Of a stretch of DNA of 64,000 nt, positions 1 to 13,118 are shown piece by piece. The translations under genes were made by a program, and so were the position numbers. The notes below the pieces were generated by a model. That model made no database searches, had not been told where the DNA came from, and was given only the letters and a program-made list of their open reading frames with translations. Source of the stretch: Octopus vulgaris (lineage: Eukaryota); assembly GCA_951406725.2 (NCBI GenBank), contig OX597817.1:63550001-63614000 (forward strand), given 5' to 3'. Each line of letters starts with the position of its first letter. Within the stretch, counting starts at the first letter, position 1.

Positions 1-331
1 GTCATTTGACTGCGTCCATGCTGGGGCACCGCCGCGAAGGGTTTTAGTCGAAAGAATCAATCCCAGGACATATTACTTTAACGCCTGGTACTTATTCCAT
101 CGATCTCTTTGGTAAACTGTCAAGTTACCGAAACACTGGTCGTTATACGGTGGTGGACACACACACAAACACACATGCGATAATAGGCTTCTTTCAGTTT
201 CCGTCTACCAAATCCACTTACAAGGCTTTGGTCGATCCGAAGCTATAGTAGAAGAGACCCATGCTGTGAGAATGAACCCAGAACTATCCGGTTGGGAAGC
301 AAAATTTATATCACAGAGCCACTCTCGCTCC
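1..331 (-). mobile_element. tRNA-derived SINE family A (internal CA microsatellite), degenerate, cut by window edge
   Basis: Shares CTTCTTTCAGTTTCCGTCTACCAAATCCACT and GTCATTTGACTGCG..CATGCTGG blocks with the copies at 18751, 26535, 35186 and 55611. Confidence 0.85.
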
Positions 332-589
332 AATATTCTGGAAGAAATTCATGGAAAATTTTTCTGATTTTTTCCCTTTGTCTTCATAGAGCATTATTAC
401 TTTAGCAACCGAGAGACAAAAATATAAAAAGGGAAAGTTCTACGTGTCTGCATATAGTGTAGTTGTTTCCAAGGAGTTACCTTGTGAAGGTGTTCTTAGA
501 GTAGCAAATATTTTAGTGTTAATTACAAACATAATTTACAAGCCCTTTACGATACCTCTTTCAGGTGTAGGTATTGGCTACAGGTCAGA

Positions 590-1797
590 CTAGTGCTGCT
601 ACCAAAATGACAACAGATGGTACAACCTGCGGCTGTTTCTGCTACCTTGTAGACATATACCGGAGTATGAAAGGCTAAGGGAGTAAAACCAAACAGAAAA
701 TCCGGAGAGAAGGCCTCTAAGGCAGTTGATGGGGAGAAATGATCCAAACTATCTTCTGACAGCCCCTGCAACTTTGCTGGTTCCGAATGTATTGACCTTG
801 CTTCTCCCTTGGACTAAATCAGTGAAGTCGAGAGGTGGGGTCGTGCAAATTGGGTAAGGCACGTACTCCATATATTCCGCGCCCAGACATTTAGCTTAGC
901 CAAGGACTTAGAATTTCTGAGAGGACGATTCAAAAAAAAAAAAAGAAAAAGAAGAGAGCATATGGAGAGGACACATCATCCTTGCTGTAACAGGGCAAGG
1001 GAAACAACACGGGAGTGTCAGATTGCGGGTTATAAGACATCCTTATTTGGTGAAGCGGGATGTCGCCACGAGTCATCTTCGATGATGGGAGTGATTGTTC
1101 AATCGCACTGATCAGCTACCGCCCGCCTTAAACTGGGCAGTCCCCAGTCAGGAAGGTGATGATCCAGCACGTCTCTCCGCTGGACAAAAGCCAAAAAGCA
1201 GACGTAAACCCAGCATCTGGCAAAAAAGGAAGAAAATTGAAATTGACCCCATTGAAACTGGGGACCTGGAATGTCAGAACAATGACAACCGGAAATGACA
1301 TTACCGACCTGGACAAAACAGAGGACATCAGGAAAACGGCAATCATTGACACGGCTGAATGTAGACATCACTGCCCTGCAAAAGACATGACTTGCTGACT
1401 CTGGTTCCATTAGGGAAAGAATCCATAGTGTGGGGTTCGCAGTGCACAACAGATTGCTGAACAAGATCAGTACTCCTCGAGACATATCTGAACGCATCAC
1501 TATCATGGAAGTGGGGACTAAAACTGAAAGGGCCCATCTCATTAGTGCCTAGCCCCGATTCTAACAGCAGAAAATGAGAAGAAAGATCAGTTCTACGAGG
1601 AACTTCAGGATGTGATCAACAGTGTCCCAAAGGCAGACCAACTCTTTCTTGTGAGCGATTTCAATGCGAGAGTAGGCACTGATCACCAAGCATGGTCCAG
1701 CTGCCTTGAACAGTTTAGACTGCGGAAAATCAATGAGAATCGCCAGAGACTCTTAGAATTCTGCATAAATAAAAACCTGTGCATTGCAAACACCTTC
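590..1797 (+). mobile_element. RTE-clade LINE 5' fragment (UTR plus frameshifted AP-endonuclease domain)
   Basis: ORF pieces LKLGTWNVRTM (1156-1398) and LVSDFNARVG...KINENRQRLLEFCINKNLCIANTF (1612-1797) match RTE/BovB-type APE motifs; truncated at (TA)n plus a SINE; 5' boundary approximate. Confidence 0.85.
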
Positions 1798-1812
1798 TAT
1801 ATATATATATAT

Positions 1813-2197
1813 ACGGAAGCACTCCGTCGGTTACGACGACGAGGGTTCCGGTTGATCCGAATCAACGGAACAGCCTGCTCGTGAAATTAACGTGTAAGTG
1901 GCTGAGCACTCCACAGATACGTTTACCCTTAATGCAGTTCTCAGGGATATTCAGCGTGACACAGAGAGTGACAAGGCCGGCCCCTTGAAATACAGGTACA
2001 ACAGAAACAGGAAGTAAGAGTGAGGGAAAGTTGTGGTGAAAGAGTACAGCAGGGATCACCAGCATCCCCTGCCGGAGCCTCGTGGAGCTTTTAGGTGTTT
2101 TCGCTCAATAAACACTCACAACGCCCGGTCTGGGAATCGAAACCGCGACCCTACGACCGCGAGTCCGCTGCCCTAACCACTGGGCCATTGCGCCTCC
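1813..2197 (-). mobile_element. tRNA(Arg-like)-headed SINE family B
   Basis: Minus strand reads GGAGGCGCAATGGCCCAGTGGTTAGGGCAGCGGACTCGCGG...GGTTTCGATTCCC (A box, TCG anticodon-like loop, B box); its 3' part is homologous to 3745-3908. Confidence 0.85.
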
Positions 2198-2223
2198 ACA
2201 TACACACACACACACACACACAC

Positions 2224-2315
<92 letters not shown>

Positions 2316-2332
2316 TTATTTATTTATTTATA

Positions 2333-2495
2333 CACGACGAATTCCTTTCAGTTTCTGTCTACCAAATCTACTCACAAGTCTCTTTGATCGGCCTGAGGTT
2401 AAAGTAGAAGACATTAGTCCAAGGTACCATACAGTGGAAATGAACCTGGGGCCTTATGGTTAGGAAGCAAACTTCTTACCACACAGCCACGTTCC
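2333..2495 (-). mobile_element. SINE family A, 5' half
   Basis: CAGTTTCTGTCTACCAAATC...CTTACCACACAGCCAC matches family A. Confidence 0.8.
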
Positions 2496-2692
2496 AGTTA
2501 CACATGCTATTTAAAATGTACCGCCGTTCAATCACCATTTATCTTACCTCTTATTGAGATCCACATATTGCTGTTAACAAATATATTCCCTTTTGACTCC
2601 AGTTCAAGTAGCCGTTATGTGTACGTTGGACATGAAAGAAGCAGCCACACAATCTCCCTGTCTCAAATAAGAACACAGATAATAAAGTAGTG

Positions 2693-3030
2693 AAGGCGCA
2701 TGGTTCAGTGGTTAGAGCGTCGGGCTTACAGTCGTGAGGTTGTGAGTTCGATTCCTGGACCTGATTGTGGAGTATTCTTGAGCAAAATACCTTATTTCGC
2801 GTTGCTTCAATTCATTCAGTTACAGAACCGAGTTGCGACATCACTGGTGCCAAGATGTATCGGCCTTTGCCTTTCCTGTGGACAACATCAGTGGGGTGGA
2901 GAGGGGTTGCATGATATGCTGGGCGACTCTTGGTCTTCTACAAACAACCTTGCTCGAACTTGTCCCTCCGAGGGGAGATTTCTAAGTGCAATTCCATGGC
3001 CATTCGTGACCAAAGGGGGTCTTTACCCTT
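2693..3030 (+). mobile_element. tRNA-headed SINE, family B-like head with a different tail
   Basis: GGCGCATGGTTCAGTGGTTAG A box, GAGTTCGATTCC B box, then the TCTTGAGCAA central block. Confidence 0.8.
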
Positions 3031-3104
3031 TTTTTTTATATACTCACGACTGGAACACTGGTGATTATAGGTCTGCTCGGTCAGCAAAGTTGACTTAAAG
3101 CTGA

Positions 3105-3432
3105 ACAACAACCAACCTTCATTGCCATCGCTATTACCACCACTACTACCACCACCATCGCCAGCAACAGTAGCAACAACAACAACAACGGCTACCACAC
3201 TGTCATTGTTGACACTATCGCCACCACAATCGCCATCACTACTGTCAGCAGTAGCAGCAGCAGCAACAACGACAATGACGCCGTGATCATCGCTGCTACC
3301 ACACCACCACTACCGCAGCCGCCAGAAGCACTACTGTTACCATCATCATCAACATCAGCAGCATTATAGTAACAGCAACAACAACAACAACAACAACAAC
3401 TACAACAACAGCAACAACAGCAAACAAACAAT
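3105..3432. repeat. Mixed trinucleotide (CAC/CAA/CAG) low-complexity tract
   Basis: Seen directly in the sequence. Confidence 0.85.
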
Positions 3433-3602
3433 TACACTATATTCAAAATTTCAGGCTGTTTTAATTCTCATTTCGTGTTAACACAAATCAGAAACTTCGT
3501 TTTTATTCATCTGAAGGTGAATGTCCAAACAATTTAGGTCCGGTTCTGGTTCCGGTCCTTTAAATTATTTCGTTTCCTTTCATTGTGCCTGAAAAAACCG
3601 TG

Positions 3603-3908
3603 AAGGCGCGTGGCTGAGTGGTCAGGGGTATTCGGCTAACGATCGTCAGGTCGTGGGTTCGACATCCTGCGGCACGTCGTGTCCTTGAGCAAGATACTTT
3701 ATTTTACATTGCTCCAGTCCACTCAGCTGGCAAAAATTAGTAGTACCTGTATTTACAAGGGCCAGCTTTGTCACATCCTGTGTCACGCTGAATCTCTCTA
3801 AGAACTACATTAAGGTACGCGAGTTTATGGAATGCTCAGCCACTTGCACGTTAATTTCATGAACAGGGTATTCCGTCGATCGGATCAACTGTAACTCTTG
3901 TCGTCGTG
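3603..3908 (+). mobile_element. tRNA-headed SINE family B
   Basis: GGCGCGTGGCTGAGTGG, GGTTCGAC, TCCTTGAGCAAGATACTT; tail homologous to 1820-1995 in reverse. Confidence 0.85.
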
Positions 3909-3910
3909 TA

Positions 3911-4148
3911 AATATTACCTGTTAAAGGTAGTTTTCTCTTGTGTTTAAATGTACACTATTTTTTTATTGAGAATATGTTGTCTATTGACTTTTTATACAT
4001 GCTAGGCCACTGGTGGTGATATTTTTATGAGTATTCGCTACCCTGTATATATATATATATATATATACCGGAGTAAACACATAAATGTGAAACAAGGTGG
4101 AAAAAAGAGTACTCAAATACCAGTGGTAGAGTAGCTACTTTAAATAAA

Positions 4149-4214
<66 letters not shown>

Positions 4215-4668
4215 TACGAATATGATTTTAGCATTTGGAAGATCGGTTCGGCATTATTCATATACTGCTGACTGAAACTGCGCTTGCGCGGTGAATTTTG
4301 AAAAATTATAACATATGATGATGAGACACGTGTTATTTGTCTCTAAATTATATGTTAGTTGTTAAGGCCTGTTACTGATGAGGATTCGCCTAGCAAATTA
4401 TTTTATTTGCTAAAGAAATCTGAAACCTACGTATAACCGTAAAAAATTACAAGGTAAAATTCTTTTTTATTTTCATTCCCTTCGAAAATTGCTCTTAAAT
4501 GTGGTTTTGGTCGTTTTGACTGCTTCTTCTAGCGTGTAAAAATTACCTGCTAAAGATAGTTTTCTCTTCTCTTTAAATGTATACTATTTTATATTGAGAA
4601 TACGTTGTCTATTGACTTTTTATACATACTAGGCCACTGGTGGTGAAATTTCTAAGAATATTCGCTAC
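3911..4668 (+). mobile_element. Penelope-like terminal-repeat remnant with a ~130-bp direct repeat (3911-4041 / 4541-4668)
   Basis: TTACCTG.TAAAG.TAGTTTTCTCTT...CTAGGCCACTGGTGGTGA...TATTCGCTAC occurs twice, with a hammerhead motif between the copies. Confidence 0.6.
4371..4437 (+). ncRNA. Type I hammerhead ribozyme-like motif (near-intact)
   Basis: GTTA-CTGATGA-GGATT..[TAGCAAAT/ATTTGCTA hairpin]..AATCT-GAAA-CCTACG-TA-TAAC; stem I GTTA/TAAC; stem II closed by G-U instead of G-C. Confidence 0.75.
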
Positions 4669-4679
4669 TCTCTCTCTCC

Positions 4680-4733
<54 letters not shown>

Positions 4734-4789
4734 ATGGAGAGAGGGAAAGAGGGAGAGAGATATATAGATAGGGGAATTTTTAGGCTAAA

Positions 4790-5030
4790 TTTGACGATTT
4801 TAATATCGCCTTTTTTCAGGAATAGCTTGATGTATTTGTTGGTAAACAGTCAACGGCGTTGTAGACCAAGGTTCCAGAGTCCTCATGATACTTTTCAATA
4901 AACTTTAAATAAACTTTGAATAACCTGCAGTGTGATTTTTATTTTTAAAAAATATTTTTATTTTTAGATGGGATTTTACGTCTTCTTTCCCTTTCATGCA
5001 AACTGTCAAATTTAAACAGAAAACCCTGTA
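4790..5030. mobile_element. Possible Tc1/mariner-type non-autonomous end
   Basis: Terminates in ...AAACCCTG followed by TA (CAGGGT-type TIR); partner end not found. Confidence 0.35.
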
Positions 5031-5204
5031 TATATTGTGGTAAGTAAATATTGGGGTGAAAAACCATTTTGGATAGAATAACGATTTTTCAACCCAATAT
5101 TTGCATAATATTATTTGTAGCTTTTAGTGCGTGCTTTGAGACATTCCAAGAATGAATTATTTAACGTCCTCTCAAACGTTTATAAATTTCTTATGACCTC
5201 AACA

Positions 5205-5436
<232 letters not shown>

Positions 5437-5866
5437 TCATAAGAATCTTTTCTCTGGCTGGAGGTGCAAGGAGTCTGTGTCAGGGATAAAACGAATATTT
5501 TTCATAAATATTTCGGAGGATTTCTGCTTTAAGCACGCCATGTAACTCCTCATAACTTTTTAAATATTTTTTTGTGAATTTGTATTCTACTCACGGGAAA
5601 CAATGAGAATATGAAAAAACATTTCTAATTTTTCGAAAAAGTTTCTTATTTTTTTCGTCAATTTTTCAAATTTCTCTTTTTAAATCACCATTTAAAATAC
5701 GGGTATTCGGCGTATATTATGATTGCATTAATATTATGGTCATTAATATTTGCGTACCAGCTGCCAGGAATGTGTTTAATATGTAGAATTGGTATATCCG
5801 ATAACGTTACACCGCTATATTTTGTGGCTTTTAAAGTAATGAGCTTCTGGTCGATTAATGGGTTCG

Positions 5867-5917
5867 ATGGGTGCCGATGAAGGATCTAAAAGTCCCGAAT
5901 ATGGCATATACGCCCAT
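5867..5917 (+). ncRNA. Degenerate type I hammerhead-like motif
   Basis: ATGGGTG-CCGATGA-AGGATCTAAAAGTCCC-GAA-TATGGCATA-TA-CGCCCAT; 7-bp stem I; one A of GAAA is missing. Confidence 0.6.
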
Positions 5918-6219
5918 TACTCATTTTTTCATCTTCGAGCTTCTTCTTGTTTACATCTGACGTCTAGATTACGAAACGATGTAACAAAATCAGTGCTGGC
6001 TATAATTTCTATAGAAAATCTGTAGAGATAAACTTAGCAAGTGATGTAATAGCACTGCTAACACAGTAGAACATGGTACTGACTTATAAAAACGTTTAAT
6101 CGGTGTTCCAGCATGACTGCAGTCAAATGACGGAAAGAAGTAAAAGAATACTTTGTAGTATATTATGGTATCCTTACAGGTCATTAATATCTACATACAG
6201 TGTTCAAATCTCGCCTTAG

Positions 6220-6265
<46 letters not shown>

Positions 6266-6319
6266 GGCCAAAGCCTTAGGGCTAAAACGTATAAAAGAAA
6301 GAATAAATATATGGGGACG

Positions 6320-6490
6320 GGTAAGTCGGTTACATCGGTCCCTGTGCTAAACTGGTAATTATTTTAGCGACATCGAGAAAATGAAAGGTTAAGTCGACTT
6401 CGGCAGAATTTGAACTCAGAACATAAAGACGGACGCAATGCCACAAACCATTTTGCCCGGCGTGCTAATGATCCTCCGAGCTCACCGCCT
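6320..6490 (-). mobile_element. tRNA-derived SINE family C
   Basis: Reverse complement of the 39097-39330 copy (GTCGACTTCGGCAGAATTTGAACTCAGAAC...GCTCACCGCC). Confidence 0.85.
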
Positions 6491-6599
6491 TTTACCAGTT
6501 AAATATTTAGGTTGATTGAATTGACTAAGATCCTTCCCTCAAAATTACTGGCCTTGTGACTATGTTGGAAATAATTCTTAATATCAGGAATATATACTA

Positions 6600-6795
6600 A
6601 GGCGTGCGAGCAGGCAGAATCGTTGGCACGGCATTTCATCCGTCTTCATGTTTTGAGTACAAATTCGGCCGAGGTCTATTTTGCTTTAAATCCCTTCGGG
6701 GTCTTTAAATAAATACCAGTTGAACACTGGGGTCGATTTAATCGACTTACCCACTCCCCGGAAATTGCTGGGTTTGTGTTGAAATTTGAAAGCAA
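6600..6795 (+). mobile_element. SINE family C
   Basis: GGC..GAGCAGGCAGAATCGTT...GCCGAGGTC...CACTGGGGTCGAT...GAAATTTGAAA. Confidence 0.8.
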
Positions 6796-6944
6796 TAATA
6801 TGAATATATTCTGCGTCATCGGATTCATCTGTACTATTACAATTAACTATAATTAATTGTTTCCTTTCCGTCGACGCAATGTGGAGAACCTACGGAAATT
6901 AAATCGAGTACAATGCAACAACCATATGATGCAATTAAGGGCTT

Positions 6945-7355
6945 ATAATTCAGAAGCCAAGTCAGTAATTTTCAAGAGATGGGAGCAGTCTTGTAGTTTA
7001 TTTTATGAATCCCTGGAAAGGTGAAAAGTAGACTTTGGCGGAATTTGAACAAAAAACATTAGGAACCAGAAGATATACCGCAAAGCACATTTTTCCGATG
7101 TTGTAGCAATTCTCTCAATCCACCGACTTATCGGATTCAAAGAATCCCCTAAATTTGGTACAAGACTAGAAATTTTGAGGGAAGGGGCAAATCGATAGCA
7201 TCGAGTCCAGTACTTCGCTTTATCGACACCCAAAAGGATGAAAAGCAAAGCTGAACTTGGCGAGATTTGAACTCAGAACGTAAAGAGCCCTAACACATTA
7301 CCGCAAAGCACACAACCAACTCCCACGCTCTATCAATTTTGTCAATCCACCGCCC
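6945..7355 (-). mobile_element. Two tandem degenerate SINE family C copies (about 6945-7130 and 7145-7355)
   Basis: GAAAAG...GGCG.GATTTGAAC...ACCGCAAAGCA...CAATCCACCG blocks occur twice. Confidence 0.7.
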
Positions 7356-7727
7356 CTGACGAATGCAAATAATAAACGACCCGATAGTTAATGAATATCA
7401 GTTAATGAATTCAATGAAACTATACCTAGTGGGGTATGGCGTTGTTTTGTTAATGACATCTTTAGGAAGTAGTTTGACATTAAGTCTTCTGAACAACCGG
7501 CTGTCAATTACAAAACACGTTTTAACCTAATTGCAAGTTCTTGTCAAAGCAATTACAAAACTAATCAACAGCCTTTGTGTAGATTAAGAAATATTCAAAT
7601 AACATATGTCCACCAGCTAATATCGTATTATTATGGAATGAAATCCAATTCTTATCCACAGACACAGCCACCTCACACAGCTTCACAGATACGGACACAC
7701 ACACACACACATACATACATATATGCA

Positions 7728-7791
<64 letters not shown>

Positions 7792-7856
7792 CATACATAC
7801 ATACATACATACATACATACATACATACATACACATAGATATATAAATTTTAACAG

Positions 7857-7892
<36 letters not shown>

Positions 7893-8856
7893 CTGTTAAA
7901 ATTTTCGTTAACGATTTAACTTTTAAGTTAAGTTTGAAAATCATTATCGGACTAATTAACTTCCGTTACATTCCGCTTCCTTTAACTCAAGTCCGTTAAC
8001 CCAAAACTTGTCTACTGCAGCCCCAGTCGACGCAGATTTGGCAGGCATCGACAAAAGATACGCTGAATGCACCTGAAAGAAATTGTGGAAAAAATTATTC
8101 CACAACGAGGTACGAAATATTTACCAAAATAATAAAATCTTGTACCGATTATACCTGTGTTTTAATTCAAATTGATATACTTCATCTTGAAAAGTGGCAA
8201 AAATTTTGTCGGTTGCCAACTGGGATAATTTTATTAACAAATCAAACAGGTAAGATGCATTAAGAATTTCAATTTTAGCGTTTATCCATAATGTTATTGC
8301 TTTTACACCTGTTAATTAAATTTACCAGCCCATAAAAAGCCAAATTTACTCAGCAAGATCAGCTAAAATTGCATAACAATAAACTAGTTGTATATAAAGC
8401 ACCCACTGACAAAATTTCAAATCTTTATGTAACAAATTTACAAAGCTAGAAGCAAATATTGTGAACACACTTCTTGAACCTGAATAATTGAAAATAGCAT
8501 GAACAAATAAGCATTACATTTGACAGGTTAATCTGTATACTAAAGATGTTTTTAGGTGTTTACACACACACACATAACACGGCCTCGCTCGGCTAGGACT
8601 ATATGTGTGTTACTTTGACATCATCATTCCATAAAATTTGTTTATGGGGTGAAAAATATTGAAAAATATCAATAGACGTGTGAGTGAGAAATAAACGAAG
8701 ACGGAGGTTTTGGCATGTGCTAGAAACATCAGCGATATCTTTCTTAAATCGCACATTTCCCTAGGGTGGTGGTAGTGTGGCGGGAGTGGAAAAAAAGTCT
8801 TGTGAGTAGATCTGATAGACTGAAACTTTAAAAAGCCCGTTGTTTATATACATACA

Positions 8857-8993
<137 letters not shown>

Positions 8994-9161
8994 TACAAAT
9001 TGGGACAAGAATGCAAAAACATCCAGACAGGTGATACAAAGAAAGGACAACAAAACATACAGACAGACGATACAAAGAAAACAAGGACGGATCATTCGAG
9101 TTTTCTATCCTCAGTCGAGTTCCAGATTATTTTTGCAATTTGGGTTGGTTATACTCGAGAT

Positions 9162-9221
<60 letters not shown>

Positions 9222-9651
9222 TTTTATTTCTTTTATTCGTTTCAGTCATGTACCTGCGGTCATGCTGAAGCACCAGAGTGAAAGGAAGTAGGTCAGCCAC
9301 CGGACGCGGCGGAAACCTGTGAATGAATCTGCGACCCTTAAAACTTCAGTTTAGCGCTCTTCTGTGTATAAGTATTGATAGATAGATGGATAGACATACA
9401 TAAATCCAGTGAATCCACTGTGTGTGTGTGTGTGTACGTGTACGTACGTGTATGCAAAATAATTATCAGCGACAGAAATAGTATTAATACCAAGGGCAAT
9501 CTTTATATCCAACTTAACGTAGTGTATGTAATATTCTGTATTTTAACAAAACATTCTCGTTAAGCTGTATATATAGATTGCCTTTTGGTTTTAATGTTGT
9601 TTTTGTTGGTAATAGTTACATTTTAATAAGCTTGCTGTCTATTTGCAACAT

Positions 9652-9990
9652 CAATGCCTGAAATGAAACTAAAGTTTTATATATCATTGTCACAAAGATC
9701 CGGCTGGTATGCGGTTACCGAACGTCTACTATGTCTAAATCACGTGATCTGCCTGTCCCAGCGCCCGTAGCAGACGATTCTCCTTGGCCAATGACATATG
9801 CAAATTTGTAGCTCCAGTATTTGGTAGCTACTGGAATTGTTGAGTATATAAACAGATTGCTACTTGTTTCTCTAGGATTGGTCAAATTGGTGTAGACACC
9901 TCTGATGAGAATCCGATAAGGTTAGAAAATCAATTAAGGCTGTTCAATATTTTTTCAATCTATGGAAAAATAGCTAAATTAGCCCTCTTT
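9652..9990 (+). mobile_element. Interspersed repeat (PLE-like), homologous to 42481-42625 and 42822-42935
   Basis: Shared TGCCTGAA..TTTTATAT.TCA.TG..AAGAT.CGGCTG and AAATCACGTGATCTG..GTAGCAGACGATTCTC. Confidence 0.6.
9899..9939 (+). ncRNA. Degenerate type I hammerhead-like motif
   Basis: CCT-CTGATGA-GAATCCGATAAGGTTA-GAAA-ATCAAT-TA-AGG; core intact, stem II imperfect. Confidence 0.6.
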
Positions 9991-10071
9991 ATATATCTAC
10001 TATATAGTTTATACATACATACGTACATACATACATACATACACACATCTATATATACATACATGCATAAG

Positions 10072-10103
<32 letters not shown>

Positions 10104-11339
10104 CAGTAAAGCATAAACAGGGTTTAGTTCATCATTTAATATAAAGTAGATGGGAAATTTTTATCTTCTTGAAAGATACAATTTCTTATCTGAACTCAAA
10201 TAACATCTCTTCAATACTAGCAAAGTTAAGGTCAGGACTGTGCACCAGATGTCATACCACAATCTGAAATATGCTTATACAACCCTCACCTTAACAACCA
10301 GCTTGTAATTTCAGAATCTTCACAATCGCGATGTATAGAGAAAATTTAACACTTTCTAATGTCATGTTACACAGCTCTTATAGCAAAGACTTTCAAAAGT
10401 CCATACAACAATCATTTACAATGTTTCATTTGGAAGGACAAGTAAAACACTTCTTGTTTAATTCTTATTTATACTCTGAGAACGCATGTTTTAACGTAGA
10501 CTTAACGTGTGTAACAATGGAAGACCAAAGTATGGGCTATACCCACCGGGGACATTCTGAAATAGCCAACAATATCGCAGAAAAAAGATCCGGAAACCTA
10601 TTCATTTGCCATTATCAGGGATCAACGCTTCTGCACCGAGTTCTACCTGTCTATAATATCAATGGGACCTATAGTCATCAGAGCTCATGCACTGCATAAG
10701 TCTTGTTGAGTAGTTAACCCTGTACCTCATACGTAGGATTCGAATACTCTCTCTCCCTCTCCTTCTCCCTTTCTCTTTTTGTCTCTCTCCTTCTCTCACA
10801 CACACTGTAGTAGTTAAAACCTGCAGCAACAACAGCATTACACAAATAATCACATGATCCTTCCCAATCATTGAGAATCGACATGAGAGCAACTTGTCAA
10901 TACATTTCTTAGACCCAGTAATTGCATTGTTGCCTGAACGAATACACGTGGCGCAAAACTTTGAGTAAATACGGTGTAAATTAACAAATCACACATTTGT
11001 ATAAACTGTGTATTATATATTGAGTAGTTTATTTGTGTATCATATATTTGTGTATCATATATTGAGTACCATATATTGAGTAAACAACAATAGACACGGA
11101 CATGTACACACAAAGAGATTAATAAGCTTATTGCTATTTATAGGACATTTTAGCTGGCACTCAGCTAAACTGATCAGTATAATTTTGCAAGACAGTGCAT
11201 ACGCTAACAAAGTGGATTAATTCATTCATTCATAATGCAATTTATAGTAATTTTTAAATAACTTAAAATGTAGTTTAAGGTAAGGCATACTTTAATCAAT
11301 ATTTCACGTTAAGCTAAAAATGCCGTAGAATTTATTATG

Positions 11340-11376
11340 AAGAGACAAGGAGAGAGCGAACGAAAGAGAGAAGGAA

Positions 11377-11415
<39 letters not shown>

Positions 11416-11817
11416 TTGATAGGGAAAAAGAGAATGAAGGTGAGAGAAGGAAAGGAAGAAGGGCGAAAGAGTGAGATGAAGAGAGAGAGAAAGGGAAAGA
11501 AAATGAGAGAGGAATAAGTAGAAAGTAAAGGAAAGAAAGGAAGGGAGAGGATGAAGGAAATGGGAGGAAAAGTGAATGAGGGGAAGAAAGAAGGTGAAAA
11601 GGAGAGAGAGGGATAGAGGGACCGGAAATGAAGGACAGAGAGGGAGAGAAAATGAAGGAAAAGTAGAGATGAAAGCAGAGAGAGGGCTGACGGGGAGAGA
11701 TGGTTAGAGTAAAGGTGGAAATAGGCGGGAGAGGGGAGGGAGAGAAAATGAGAGTGTAAAGGATAGAGCAGTGAAGAGGAGACAAAGCACGAAATAACTA
11801 GGGAGGTAAGAAATAGA

Positions 11818-11851
<34 letters not shown>
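11340..11851. repeat. Polypurine GA-rich low-complexity tract (~500 bp)
   Basis: Plus strand is almost entirely G/A. Confidence 0.9.
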
Positions 11852-11853
<2 letters not shown>

Positions 11854-12405
11854 CTATTTTTCTCTCAGAAGACTTTCTGGAAAGTGGCAAGTCGATACGG
11901 CAAGTTTGGACGTTTGACAACGCATAATAATGAAGCAGAATCGCGAAAATGGCCGGTAGAGATTATAAATATCAAAATGCAGTACCAACAAGAAGCACAT
12001 TTTTTTCAAATATATTCATATGTAGAAGGAAAAGAAGAAAGTAAAATCGTAACACTGACAAAAATGATATATAAACTTATCAGATATTTCAAAATATCAA
12101 ACAATACCTAAGCTTATAACGAAATGCTCAATATTGATCCATAGTAATCCAACCAATAATCAATTGTTACAAGTCATTTATAAGTACAGGCCAACCAATG
12201 ACGATGATGAAACCTTTCCTGGCTTTAGATATAAGAATTTATGACATAGCTATTGACTTGGCAGAGTATTTTGTTTTTTTTTATTATGGATGGGTGAATG
12301 AGATACTCATCAAGTGCTACTGCGTTGTATGGGTAGACAAGTATATGTCAAGGAATGTTTGGTAATAATAATTTATGATTGTATGCAAGCACCCAGATAC
12401 GTTTG

Positions 12406-12460
<55 letters not shown>

Positions 12461-12491
12461 ATATCTATCTATCTGTCTGTCTGTCTATCTA

Positions 12492-12526
<35 letters not shown>

Positions 12527-12601
12527 GCCTGTTTGTCTATGTGTGTATATGTGTGTGTGCATGTATATGTATATATATATATATATATATGTATATACAT
12601 G

Positions 12602-12789
12602 TATACATATGGGAGGGAAACCACTATGTGAACACACTTATGCTAGAAGTAGATCCGCTATGGTCTTACCACTAAGAAATTTTCTCAAGAAAAATTCAGT
12701 TCTTGAGAATATGTCTTAGTGGTAAGACCATAGCGGATCTACTTCTAGCATACGGGTGTCCACATAGTGGTTTCACTCTCATGTGTATA
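12602..12789. repeat. Near-perfect palindrome (~90-bp arms, 8-nt loop)
   Basis: 12639-12677 is the exact reverse complement of 12714-12752 (39 bp); TTCTCAAGAA/TTCTTGAGAA flank the loop at 12692-12699. Confidence 0.95.
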
Positions 12790-13049
12790 TAATACAATTT
12801 TACTGAACCTTCAGTTTTTTTATATGCTAGACCACTGGTGTGAAATTGATGTTAATTAAATTAATATCAAATTTCTGACCCACATTTTAAATTTAAATAT
12901 ATATATATATTTAAATATATATAATTTAAATTTAAATATATATATATATTGCACCTTTTATTCCTTTGGAATGAAAACATGTTGTCTTCGAAACATATGT
13001 CGAGAGTAAAGGGATTTTGTTAACATCTTCGTTCGACTCCATTCTTTCA

Positions 13050-13118
<69 letters not shown>

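Noticed and set aside
2120-2197. tRNA-Arg-like sequence (also at 61324-61395)
   Set aside because: The acceptor stem is not intact and the sequence continues into a repeated SINE body; these are SINE heads, not tRNA genes
9080-9115. Weak minus-strand hammerhead-like strings (also near 31435-31470, and plus strand near 54245-54285)
   Set aside because: Too many core and stem mismatches to distinguish from chance
10331-10699. 122-aa non-repetitive ORF
   Set aside because: No recognisable motif; likely a chance ORF in a decayed element
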